From contig CAWCNS010000006.1 in NCBI GenBank assembly GCA_963796965.1, forward strand, positions 1 through 64,000: DNA of 64,000 bases. The letters run 5' to 3'. Source of the stretch: Calditrichia bacterium. GTDB lineage: Bacteria > Calditrichota > Calditrichia > JAJRVZ01. The notes under the pieces were generated by a model. It was not told the DNA's origin, did no database searches, and was given only the letters and a program-made list of their open reading frames with translations. This document shows, piece after piece, positions 30,394-40,804 of the stretch. Every line of letters begins with the position of its first letter. The first letter of the stretch is position 1. Both the position numbers and the translations under genes were made by a program.

Positions 30394-31866
30394 CTATTGA
30401 TCGATATCTTCATGAAAATTTGGGATCTCTGTTTTCTCCCCATCCACCTCCACCGTAATTGAGCCCACAATAATTTCGATGGATCCCTTGAGCGGAACAT
30501 ATTGATCGTCAGGTGAAAACCATCCCCAGGCATCACCGTTCATTCCTGCTACACCTTTAAATTCAGCCCGGGCAAAGATTTTTGATGCTTCCACATTCTG
30601 GCCGGCAGATTCAATGGTTTCTTTTTCATTTAAAAATTTTACAATTCCGTATTTATATTCTTCATCAATGACAACGGTCGTGACACCACTACGTTTATTT
30701 GAAACAAGCCCACGAGCAAAGTACAGCATTGATGTACCATCCTGAACTTTTTGGGGCAAATCCTTTTGTATTAAATTGAAATGGCCGTCGTCATCAATTA
30801 TATAGGCTGTGAAAATGTTTTCATCATAATTATAATAATATGTCTTTACCAAGCTATTATCTGCACCTGGCGTGAAAAGCCTCGTTTTATAAGCATTCAT
30901 CGTAACCGGGTCAATATAGGATTCATAGATATGATGTAAGGAGAGAACAAATCCATATGATGGATTGGTATCAACATGAAAAATAACGGGATAGACTTCC
31001 TTGCCTCTGATAATTTCCGGTTTTTTGATTCTAACCTTCAACCATCCAAGGGTCATGGGGCCATAGGAAACTTTATAGTCGAGCTCTTCATTCTGATCTA
31101 TGGAGTACTGATAACTTGGTTGAGTTGTATCAATTGGGATCTCGCTTACGTTATACTTTGTATGAAGTGTATCACGTACGTGTTGCCACTGTTGTGAATT
31201 GGGATATTCATTTACAATCTGGGTAAGCAGACGTTTACCTTCTTCCAACGCACCTTTTGCCTCAGCAATCTTTGCCTTCGCAAACAGTATCGGCGCTTCA
31301 GGATAAATATTTACATTCTCCTGAAGAATTCTATCGGCCTCCTGAAGATTGCCCTCCTGATAACTTATGGTTGCAAGGCCGGCAATAGCTCTTACATTAT
31401 TCTCATGCTCATTAATAACATCTTGGTAAAATTCCTTTGCCTTATCTCTCTCATTCAGAGCAAGATTTATCTCAGCCATTTCCAGGAGCAGATCTATATT
31501 ATCACTATCTTCATTAAGACCACGTTCAAGATGATCCTGGGCAGCATGTAAATTTCCTATTTTTTTATATATTCGTGATATCTGAAGATAGGAATAAGGA
31601 AAAGAGGCGTCTTTAATAACCGCTGTCTGCAAATACATTAACGCGTTTTTATAGTCTTCCTTTAACAAATAGAGGTAGCCGATATTATACATGTCCACTG
31701 CTTCAAGATTACCATCAGACTCACTTTGGAGTAAAATTTTGAGCGTCTTTTCATGATCCCCAGCAAGCCATGCTTCCTTAACCTCACTTAATCGCACTAA
31801 TTTCAAATTACTCTGTGCAGAGAGCACAGAGATTGAAAGAAACAAAAAGAGTAAAAAGTATTTCAT
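30394..31866 (-). CDS. TPR protein with C-terminal DUF3108-like domain
   Basis: Signal peptide, several TPRs, EELDYKVSYGPMTLG, GWFSPDDQYVPLK. Confidence 0.7.
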   Translation of the reverse strand: MKYFLLFLFLSISVLSAQSNLKLVRLSEVKEAWLAGDHEKTLKILLQSESDGNLEAVDMYNIGYLYLLKEDYKNALMYLQTAVIKDASFPYSYLQISRIYKKIGNLHAAQDHLERGLNEDSDNIDLLLEMAEINLALNERDKAKEFYQDVINEHENNVRAIAGLATISYQEGNLQEADRILQENVNIYPEAPILFAKAKIAEAKGALEEGKRLLTQIVNEYPNSQQWQHVRDTLHTKYNVSEIPIDTTQPSYQYSIDQNEELDYKVSYGPMTLGWLKVRIKKPEIIRGKEVYPVIFHVDTNPSYGFVLSLHHIYESYIDPVTMNAYKTRLFTPGADNSLVKTYYYNYDENIFTAYIIDDDGHFNLIQKDLPQKVQDGTSMLYFARGLVSNKRSGVTTVVIDEEYKYGIVKFLNEKETIESAGQNVEASKIFARAEFKGVAGMNGDAWGWFSPDDQYVPLKGSIEIIVGSITVEVDGEKTEIPNFHEDIDQ

Positions 31867-31874
31867 GGAGTTAA

Positions 31875-32633
31875 CTACTCTTGACCTTTCTTAGACATGT
31901 TTTCAATAAATGGTGTGAATAAATCGATTGGCACTGGAAAAATAGTCGTTGAATTATTTTCAGATGAGACTTCTACCAATGTTTGTAAAAATCGCAATTG
32001 TATCGCTACGGGATATTTTTGAATAATACCTGCTGCTTGTGCCAATCTTTCCGATGCTTGAAATTCTCCTTCAGCATTAATTATTTTTGCCCGTCTTTCG
32101 CGTTCGGCTTCTGCCTGTTTAGCCATTGCCCGTTTCATTTCCATGGGCAAATCAATATGTTTAACTTCAACTAATGACACTTTAATTCCCCATGGATCGG
32201 ATTGTTTATCAATTATTTTTTGCAGTTCATGGTTTATTTTTTCTCGTTCACCCAAGAGCTCATCCAACTCCACCTGACCAACGATACTCCGCAAAGTTGT
32301 TTGAGATAATTGTGAGGTTGCGAATGTATAATTTTCCACCTCCACTATTACTTTTTCAGGATTGATTACCCTGAAGTAAATAACAGCATTTACCTGGACC
32401 GAAACATTATCTTTGGTGATCACGTCCTGAGGGGGTACATCCATAACTACCGTTCGTAATGTTGTCTTGACCATTTTGTCGATAAATGGAATTAATAAAA
32501 TTAAGCCAGGGCCTTTTGCTCCGACGAGACGTCCAAGGCGAAAAATAACACCCCGCTCATATTCCTTTAATATTCTGATAGCAGATGCTAACAATAACAC
32601 GACCACTACTGCAATAACAACCATAATAGGCAT
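31875..32633 (-). CDS. SPFH/stomatin (slipin) family protein
   Basis: [34 protein letters not shown]. Confidence 0.95.
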   Translation of the reverse strand: MPIMVVIAVVVVLLLASAIRILKEYERGVIFRLGRLVGAKGPGLILLIPFIDKMVKTTLRTVVMDVPPQDVITKDNVSVQVNAVIYFRVINPEKVIVEVENYTFATSQLSQTTLRSIVGQVELDELLGEREKINHELQKIIDKQSDPWGIKVSLVEVKHIDLPMEMKRAMAKQAEAERERRAKIINAEGEFQASERLAQAAGIIQKYPVAIQLRFLQTLVEVSSENNSTTIFPVPIDLFTPFIENMSKKGQE

Positions 32634-32756
32634 ATTATCCTCCGACTGATTAATTTAACATTGGATCGCTAATTATAGAAATTAAATTCTAAACTCTAAG
32701 TACTTAGTGACAACTAATCTCTAAATAAGTTCAAACGCAAAATCTCATTTCAAAAT

Positions 32757-34041
32757 TTAGGTAAGTGGCTTCACTTTAAGTTTTAGATGTATTGGATCTA
32801 CACTCTCAACAACCACCCGTTTTCCTTTTCTAATTTTCTCGGGACTTGTTGCTTGCCAAATCTCACCATGAATCTCTATTTGACCTTCCGGTTTAAGATC
32901 CTCCAGGGTTATACCTTCCTCTCCGACCAAGCCTTCTTTTCCGGTAGTTGGCTTCTTCCTAAAGGTCCTAAAGGCATAACCGATAGCAAATAGAAAAAAT
33001 AATGCTATGCTTATGGTTGCGGCAACTATCAGTTCCCAACTGATCTGAAGAAAAGGAAGTGGACTGTCTACAAGCATTAGGGACCCCAAAACGAGTGAAA
33101 TGACACCTCCGATAGATAATAACCCATAACTGGTAATTTTTATCTCTAATAAAAAGAGAATGGCTGAAAAAACAATCAATAACATACCGGCAATGTTGAC
33201 AGGTATTGTTTGAACAGAATATAAAAATAGTATGATACAAATACCACCCACCACGCCTGGTAATATTGAACCCGGATTATATAATTCCAAGGAAATACCA
33301 GTAATTCCTATTAAAAAAAGGATATAAAGTATATTAGGATCGCTCAGCATATCCAGAGCACGTTGTCTCCAATTCATCTCAAAAGACTCAATTTTTGCAT
33401 CTTTTGTATCAAGCGTCCGTGTTCCACTTAGAACAGTCACCTGTTTCCCATGTACCAATGAAAGCAAACTATCATCTGTTGCGACAATATAATCAATGAC
33501 ATTCAGATCCAACGCTTCCTGCTCCGTAATATTGGCACTTTCCCGGATAGCTTTTTCAGACCAATCGGGATTTCTTTCTCGTTTTTTTGAGACAGAGCGT
33601 ATATGTGCCACAGCATCATTGACAATTTTTTCTTCCATTACCGCCGACGTATCCTGTGCCCCTCCCCCCATATTTACGGGATGGGCAGATCCAATATTCG
33701 TTCCCGGGGCCATGGCTGCAATATGTGCCGCTGCTGTTATAAAGACACCTGCCGATCCTGCTCTTGATCCTGATGGTGATACATAGACAGCAATTGGGAC
33801 ATCTGCGCCAAGTATATCTTTTACGATTTCATGCATGGAGACCATCAAACCACCCGGTGTATCCATTTCAATAATCAATAATTCAACCCTGCGCTTTTTC
33901 TGCCCGTTCGATTGCATCTTTTACATATTCAGCTGCCACCGGATTGATAACCCCATCCACAATAATCTTATGTACCGTCTGCGCATGAGATTGCACCAAA
34001 AACAGGAGAAAGATAATAAGTACTAATAATATGTTTTTCAT
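32757..34041 (-). CDS. nfeD: NfeD membrane-bound serine protease; frameshift near 33890
   Basis: Manual N-terminus MKNILL..DGVINPVAAEYV; DTPGG, RAGSAG, AMAPGTNIGSAHPV, C-terminal OB fold; upstream of the slipin gene. Confidence 0.92.
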
Positions 34042-34457
34042 AGAGTTACATCTCTAAATAATAGTATAATCTGAATCAAATTATCTTATATAATATCTAA
34101 AGTCAAGAAATTTTATCACACATTGTTCTACAGCGACTTCACCATGCTTCTTTACCCAAACCCTTACTTGCGGCAAAGATAACCGCTACTTTATTATTAA
34201 TTCCATATTGCATAAATATCCCCATGGTAGATTTAGTCTCATTCATCCTGAGGCTAAAATCAGGATGGGATCTCTAATGAATAATAACTCAAATTTGTTT
34301 TATTTAAGCTGCTTGCGATAAACTGATGATTTTAAAATGTTTAATAAACATATAATGATTGTACCAACATTGACGATAAGTTATATATAATGTGGCTTGT
34401 TGACATAGTTTTTCGTTTTTAATACATTGAAAAGATATTACCATTTTCTAAAAAAAA

Positions 34458-35612
34458 ATGCTAAAAATTTTATATGATATCAGCCGACATACTTTGTCCC
34501 GGGTTGTACTTGGAATTATTCTTTTTGCTCTGGCAGGGGCTTTTCTTGTCTTTATTTTCGAAAGTGATCAGAATACTGCTGAGTTCACCAGTTTTAGCGA
34601 TGCTGTCTGGTGGATATTAGTTACGATTACCACTGTCGGATATGGTGACATGGCTCCCGTCACACCTGGTGGAAGATTCATCGCTATAATAATTATGTTT
34701 TTTGGTGTTGCTCTGTTATCTCTATTTACTGCAACAATCTCATCCGTCTTTATTACAAAAAAAATAAAAGAGGGGAAGGGTTTGGAAGACATTAAATTTA
34801 AAAATCATTTATTGATCTGTGGATGGAACTTTAGCGCAGAGCAGATTCTAATACTGCTCGAAAAAAAGAAAAAACAGGTTGGATCCATCGTCCTGATAAA
34901 TCAATTAGGCGAAGAAGTTGTTGCGGAGATCCTTCAGCGTTTTTCAACCCTAAAGATTCGGTTCGTGCGGGGTGATTATTCAAAAGAAGCTGTCTTAAAC
35001 AGGGCCAATATAAGTATGGCGCGCGAAGCAGTAATTTTACCAGACAGCAGCATTGGATTGACTTCCCATAGTGATGAAGTTACCATTTTGTCCACACTGA
35101 CCATCAAATCAATAAATCCAAAAATTAGGGTATTTGCCTATATTATTGACCGGGAAAATTTATCCCATATTCGAAAAGCAAAAGCAGACGAGGTCTTAGT
35201 TAGTGATGCTTATGCCGGGTATCTCATGGCTGCCCACATCCTTTCTCCAGGTATTCCACAAACAGTCGATCAACTCTTTTCAGAAGATGGCGCCTATAAC
35301 CTCACCCGACAAGATATTCCAGACACTTATGAGGGAAAATCCTATAATGAGTTGATATCTGATTTAAAATCAGACCCAAAGATACTCCCCCTTGGACTAG
35401 GTCGGGAGGACGAGGGTATGAATATCAGTAATTTACTCAGTGATGATTATTCCTATCTTGATCAATTTATCCGCAGAAAATTTGAAGAGGCTGGTCGGGG
35501 TCTTACAGAAGAAAACCGGATTAATGTTCGGTTGAATCCCGCTGCGGATACAATGATTGATTCGAAGGATTTTCTGATTGTAATAAGTAAAGGAGGGAAC
35601 TCCGAACCATGA
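34458..35612 (+). CDS. 2-TM potassium channel with RCK (TrkA-N) domain
   Basis: WWILVTITTVGYGD selectivity filter; NHLLICGWN; FVRGD. Confidence 0.93.
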   Translation: MLKILYDISRHTLSRVVLGIILFALAGAFLVFIFESDQNTAEFTSFSDAVWWILVTITTVGYGDMAPVTPGGRFIAIIIMFFGVALLSLFTATISSVFITKKIKEGKGLEDIKFKNHLLICGWNFSAEQILILLEKKKKQVGSIVLINQLGEEVVAEILQRFSTLKIRFVRGDYSKEAVLNRANISMAREAVILPDSSIGLTSHSDEVTILSTLTIKSINPKIRVFAYIIDRENLSHIRKAKADEVLVSDAYAGYLMAAHILSPGIPQTVDQLFSEDGAYNLTRQDIPDTYEGKSYNELISDLKSDPKILPLGLGREDEGMNISNLLSDDYSYLDQFIRRKFEEAGRGLTEENRINVRLNPAADTMIDSKDFLIVISKGGNSEP

Positions 35613-36136
35613 TAAATCCAGATATTGCAGAATTTTTTTCATTTTTTAAACTTGTCCCCCTGTTTCAGGACCTGGATGAAACCCAAATAAAAAAGGTTAT
35701 GGAAATCATGACCATTTCGGAAATCAGGAAAGGAGAAATGATCACCAAAGAGGGAGAACATGGCGACAGTATGTTTATATTGTTGAAAGGGCAGGTTGAA
35801 ATCTCTAAAAGCCTTTTTTTGTCCCCTTTATCAAGTGAAGATTCACTTCAGGAAAAATCTTTGATCAGGTTGAATGAAGACCAGCACGCCTTTTTTGGTG
35901 AAATGGCATTATTTTTAGAAAATCCGGAAAGATCAGCATCCATAAAGGCTCTTCGACCATGCAAATTGGCCAGCATTCAAAAGCCGGATTTACTATCTGT
36001 CTTAGAAAAGGATCATTATATAGGTTCAATTTTCTATAAAAATATCGCGATCGAACTTACCAAGCGTCTTATTAAAGCGAATAGAGATGTCCTGAAATTG
36101 ACAACTGCATTTAGCCTGGCTCTTGAGGGAGAATGA
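35609..36136 (+). CDS. Stand-alone cyclic-nucleotide-binding domain protein
   Basis: VPLFQDL, EGEHGDSMFILLKGQVEI, FFGEMAL...RSASIKA; no HTH. Confidence 0.9.
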   Translation: MINPDIAEFFSFFKLVPLFQDLDETQIKKVMEIMTISEIRKGEMITKEGEHGDSMFILLKGQVEISKSLFLSPLSSEDSLQEKSLIRLNEDQHAFFGEMALFLENPERSASIKALRPCKLASIQKPDLLSVLEKDHYIGSIFYKNIAIELTKRLIKANRDVLKLTTAFSLALEGE

Positions 36137-37964
36137 TTTGATCGTAAAAGGCACGTTTACATTCCAGACGGAGACAGAGTATTTTAAAGTTGTTATGGAA
36201 CGCTATTTCCGTCGCATTCCCCCGATTCCAACAAACCTCTATTTGAATCTACCGGAAGCTCAGAAAGAAGAAAATAGAATTAAAATAGCTACCATATGTC
36301 ACTTTCCATCAATAATAAATACCCTGGCAAGAGATAAAAGTTATAAAGTTATAGAGGCAGCATTAAAGAATGATTTTTGGATCCTCGTTGGTGAACTCCA
36401 GGATGTGCTGGGCTTTGGAAAAAAAGAACGAAAGGAGTTTGCGCGCCAGGAAGTTTTTCGGATAATTCTGGTTCTTCTGATGTTCGAAGACGATTTAGAT
36501 GTCATCGGAGAGGTATTACGTAATGCCTCTGTTTCCACTTTAATGCTCTCCACCTATATCAAGATACTTGAGAAGCGAGGAAGGGGTCAGAAAGATCAAC
36601 AAATATTAAAGGAAGCAAAAAAGGTTCTTCAGGAAAAAAAACAACGTATTTTAAAAGCCTCTGAGTTATTAAAATCTAGAAAAAAAATGCTGGAGAAGCC
36701 TCACCAGTTCTCCTTGATTCAAAAACTTGCTGATAATGATAAGGTTATTAGAAAAGCAGTGCATAATATATTAGCTGATCTTGATCCGGCCTTACTTGTT
36801 GATTTAGTTGCGTTGGCAACCAAAAAAGATAATCGGGAAAATATTCTTGAACAATTCATAATTTTATCCGAACTACAAGATTTAATTAGCAGGAGGGATG
36901 ATCTTCGGCATCTGACTATAACTAACCTTAATATTAATCGCCCACTGGACCCTGAATTTCAAAACAGTACATTAGCAGAATACTTCCTGGAAATTGTTAA
37001 TCGTCAGCGATTATCCCTGTTGGACATATGCCAGGAGGATTTGACAAATTTTCAGCATGTCATGCTCCTTGCTAATTGTCATTGTGATAGTAATGAAGAT
37101 ATTCGTGATATTGCCAATAGTATTTTAAGTTTGGATGATATCTTTGCCCTTGTAACGGACAACTCAACCCCACAGAATCATTTCAAATCCATTCTTGATA
37201 TCTTGAGTGAGCATCCTGAGGATGATGTTCAGCAACGGGTAGAAACAACCTATCATGATGAAAGTGAACGCTTATGGACAAGAATGAAAGAGATGGAACA
37301 AACTATTAATGCTTATTTTGACATAATCTTTCAATCACTGGGTTTCACCCAAATTAATGAATATAATATTTCGATCAAATCACTTGAACAAGCTGAGCGT
37401 ACGATAGAAAATCTTGTACCGAAGCTAGATGACACAATAAATGAAAAAATTGATGATGCCTTACCGGTTTTTAATGCAATAAAAAAAGCAGTTGAAATGC
37501 GGATATATGACATCAATGCAAATACGACGCCTGCAGGCTTAAAGGACCTTTCCCATATTCAAGATATTATCGATCAGATTTTTGGATTAAAAAATATTGG
37601 AAAAGAAGGGTTGCGTCCAGGTGTAATCAAGGACATCGATCCTGAATTACTCGAAAAGGCTCGAAAGATCTGGCAAAGTGCCCTGGGCCAGTTTCTGGGT
37701 AGGATTAAACATCTGAATGAAATGATTAAGATCAAATTTTCTTTACTTGCAAGAGAAGTCGAGCAACACGATAATATCCAAAGCGACTTTGTTGAAATTA
37801 TAGAAACCTTTGAAGAAAATCATAAGAAGAAAATAAACTGCGATTTACAAATTGCCTGTAATCAATGTCCCAAACGCGGTTGTGCCTCCGAACGCTTTTT
37901 AACCGAAACTCAATTTTTTATTGAAGAGCTCATGGACAACTTCATCGACGAACCACGCGTCTAG
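36123..37964 (+). CDS. Hypothetical alpha-helical (HEAT/LRV-like) protein with C-terminal Cys cluster
   Basis: 613-aa ORF overlapping the previous gene; repeats LARDKSYKV, LADNDKVIRKAV, DSNEDIRDIA, LSEHPEDDVQQRV; CDLQIACNQCPKRGC. Confidence 0.7.
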   Translation: MRENDLIVKGTFTFQTETEYFKVVMERYFRRIPPIPTNLYLNLPEAQKEENRIKIATICHFPSIINTLARDKSYKVIEAALKNDFWILVGELQDVLGFGKKERKEFARQEVFRIILVLLMFEDDLDVIGEVLRNASVSTLMLSTYIKILEKRGRGQKDQQILKEAKKVLQEKKQRILKASELLKSRKKMLEKPHQFSLIQKLADNDKVIRKAVHNILADLDPALLVDLVALATKKDNRENILEQFIILSELQDLISRRDDLRHLTITNLNINRPLDPEFQNSTLAEYFLEIVNRQRLSLLDICQEDLTNFQHVMLLANCHCDSNEDIRDIANSILSLDDIFALVTDNSTPQNHFKSILDILSEHPEDDVQQRVETTYHDESERLWTRMKEMEQTINAYFDIIFQSLGFTQINEYNISIKSLEQAERTIENLVPKLDDTINEKIDDALPVFNAIKKAVEMRIYDINANTTPAGLKDLSHIQDIIDQIFGLKNIGKEGLRPGVIKDIDPELLEKARKIWQSALGQFLGRIKHLNEMIKIKFSLLAREVEQHDNIQSDFVEIIETFEENHKKKINCDLQIACNQCPKRGCASERFLTETQFFIEELMDNFIDEPRV

Positions 37965-38141
37965 ACCATCTACCCATATTTCTCCAAATACAAAAGAAAT
38001 ACTTTTATCACCTAAAAATTAAATTAGAAAAATACGCTTAATTATAGTAAATTAAAGGTTTATAATAATTTGCACTCTTGATAAATCTTTAAAAATATTT
38101 TAAAGATTGCAGATGATCAGTGACTATATGTCGGAGAATGA

Positions 38142-40799
38142 ATGAGCCAACTACAGATCGACAAGATTTATGATCCAAAAAAAGTAGAAGATAAATGGTA
38201 TGATTTCTGGCTGGAAAAGAATTATTTTGCCGCCAGCCCCAATAAAGAAAAAAAACCTTATACTATCGTAATACCTCCCCCTAATGTAACGGATATACTT
38301 CATGCCGGGCATGCATTTAACAATACGATTCAGGACATTTATATCCGTTACATGCGCAAAAAAGGTTATGAAACTCTCTGGCAACCAGGAACCGATCATG
38401 CTGGTATTGCAACCCAGAACGTTGTTGAAAGAAATCTTGCGAAAGAAAATATCTCCCGTCATGATCTGGGAAGAGAAAAATTTGTAGAGAAGGTATGGGA
38501 ATGGCGTGAAAAATATGGTTCAACTATTATTCATCAACTAAAAAAACTAGGATGTTCCTGTGATTGGTCCCGTGAGCGGTTCACGATGGACGAAAATCTA
38601 TCAAAAGCTGTAAAAGAAGTTTTTGTCAGATTATATGAAAAGGACTTGATATACAAAGGTAAATATATAATTAACTGGTGTCCCCGATGCTCGACAGCTC
38701 TTTCTGATGAAGAGGTTGAACATAAAGAATCTACGGGTCATCTTTGGTACTTTATGTATCCTTACAAAGATCGACAAGGGGCAATTGTTGTTGCCACGAC
38801 CCGTCCTGAGACAATGCTGGGGGATACTGCTGTTGCTGTCAATCCAAATGATAAACGATATAAAAGTCTGATTGGTAAAATACTTGTCCTTCCTTTGATG
38901 AATCGTGATATACAAGTTGTAGCAGATGAGTTTGTCGATCCGGAATTCGGAACTGGTGCTGTAAAAGTTACCCCGGCTCATGATCCCAACGATTTTCAGA
39001 TTGGTCTTCGCCATAATCTGGAACAAATTAATATATTGAATCCTGATGGTATCCTTAATGAAAATGCAGGACCGTTCGCCGGACTTGATAGATTTGTTGC
39101 CCGTAACCAGGTCATTGAGGAAATGAAAAAACTGGGCCTATTGGAAAAAGTGACCAACCATCACCATAGTGTTGGACATTGTCACCGCTGCAATACGCAG
39201 GTTGAACCCTATTTATCTGAGCAATGGTTTGTCAAAGTAGCGCCCCTTGCAGAACCTGCACTTCAAGTTGTGAAAGAGGGGAAAGTAAAATTACACCCCC
39301 ATGATCGCTGGTACCGGACTTATGAGCATTGGATGGAAAATGTGAGGGATTGGTGTATTTCCCGTCAGCTATGGTGGGGACATCGTATACCTGTGTATTA
39401 TTGTGATGACTGCCATGAGATGATGGTCATGCGTGAAGATCCACAAAAATGTACGAATTGCGGAAATAACCATATCCGGCAGGATGAAGATGTTTTGGAT
39501 ACCTGGTTTTCCTCCTGGCTCTGGCCATTTTCTACACAGGGCTGGCCGGATCAAAACGAAGATTTGGACTATTTCTATCCCACTGATCTCCTGGTCACCG
39601 GACCGGATATCATTTTCTTCTGGGTTGCAAGGATGATTATGGCCGGTTTAGAATTTATGGGTGAAGTTCCCTTTACCAATGTATTACTCAATGGTATAAT
39701 CCGTGATGAGCATGGGAAAAAAATGAGTAAATCTCTTGGGAATGGAATTGATCCTTTAAAGATGATTGATCAGTTCAGTGCCGATGCTGTACGATTTACA
39801 TTGATCATGCTAAGTTCAGAAGGACAGGATACTAATCTTTCCACAAAAAATTTCGAGATGGGTCGCAATTTTTCGAATAAAATTTGGAATGCCTACCGCT
39901 TTCTATCCATGCATCTGTCTGATACAGTTGATACGGACTTTGAAAAATATAAGGATCATTTTGAACTATCGGATCGCTGGATACTCAGCAGTTTTCAAAA
40001 AGCGATCGAACAAACCGAAGCAAATCTAAACCGTTTTCGGGTAAATGAATCATTAAACACCATTTATCAGTTTTTTTGGCATGATTACTGTGACTGGTAT
40101 CTTGAACTCATAAAAAAGCGCCTTTATGACGAAGATAATTCAGAGAAAAGACAGACGGCCCTGAGCATTGCATCCTATATTATGAAAGAAACTATGGGTA
40201 TATTTCACCCCTATATACCCTTTATAAGTGAAGAAGTCTGGCAGCGTTTTAGCGCCGTCAACGAAGAAAGTATTAGCATCTCATCCTGGCCCGAATCGAA
40301 AATAGAATTATTAGATGAGGCTTCCGAAGAAGAAATGACTTTGCTCCAGGAACTTATAGGAGCGATTAGAAATATTCGTGCAGAAATGAATGTCCCTCCG
40401 GGAAAAAGTGCAGCCTTGTATGTACGCACAGAGAAGGTAACCTTTCAAATGATTAAGCGAGACGAGGGATATTTTACAAGCCTTGCAAAAACCGAATCGA
40501 TTAATGCCTATTCAGACCAACTGGAAGATACAGCCATGGCAACCGCTGTGGTTCAGGGGATTGAAATATTTATTCCTTTGGCAGATCTGATTGATGTTGA
40601 AAAAGAGAAAATGCGATTAGAAAAGGAAATTAACCGCCTCAGGGGTCTTGAAAAAAGCATTAGCAGCAAATTGAATAACGAAAATTTTGTTAACAAAGCA
40701 CCTAAGACTGTAGTCAAGACGGAAAAAGAAAAACTTTTAAAAATACAAGAAAGTTTGTCAAAACTATCCGAGAACTATCAAAAATTAATTGAAGGATAA
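38142..40799 (+). CDS. valS: Valine--tRNA ligase
   Basis: PPPNVT..LHAGH, DHAGIATQ, DWCISRQLWWGH, KMSKS, C-terminal coiled coil. Confidence 0.98.
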   Translation: MSQLQIDKIYDPKKVEDKWYDFWLEKNYFAASPNKEKKPYTIVIPPPNVTDILHAGHAFNNTIQDIYIRYMRKKGYETLWQPGTDHAGIATQNVVERNLAKENISRHDLGREKFVEKVWEWREKYGSTIIHQLKKLGCSCDWSRERFTMDENLSKAVKEVFVRLYEKDLIYKGKYIINWCPRCSTALSDEEVEHKESTGHLWYFMYPYKDRQGAIVVATTRPETMLGDTAVAVNPNDKRYKSLIGKILVLPLMNRDIQVVADEFVDPEFGTGAVKVTPAHDPNDFQIGLRHNLEQINILNPDGILNENAGPFAGLDRFVARNQVIEEMKKLGLLEKVTNHHHSVGHCHRCNTQVEPYLSEQWFVKVAPLAEPALQVVKEGKVKLHPHDRWYRTYEHWMENVRDWCISRQLWWGHRIPVYYCDDCHEMMVMREDPQKCTNCGNNHIRQDEDVLDTWFSSWLWPFSTQGWPDQNEDLDYFYPTDLLVTGPDIIFFWVARMIMAGLEFMGEVPFTNVLLNGIIRDEHGKKMSKSLGNGIDPLKMIDQFSADAVRFTLIMLSSEGQDTNLSTKNFEMGRNFSNKIWNAYRFLSMHLSDTVDTDFEKYKDHFELSDRWILSSFQKAIEQTEANLNRFRVNESLNTIYQFFWHDYCDWYLELIKKRLYDEDNSEKRQTALSIASYIMKETMGIFHPYIPFISEEVWQRFSAVNEESISISSWPESKIELLDEASEEEMTLLQELIGAIRNIRAEMNVPPGKSAALYVRTEKVTFQMIKRDEGYFTSLAKTESINAYSDQLEDTAMATAVVQGIEIFIPLADLIDVEKEKMRLEKEINRLRGLEKSISSKLNNENFVNKAPKTVVKTEKEKLLKIQESLSKLSENYQKLIEG

Positions 40800-40804
40800 T
40801 CTCG

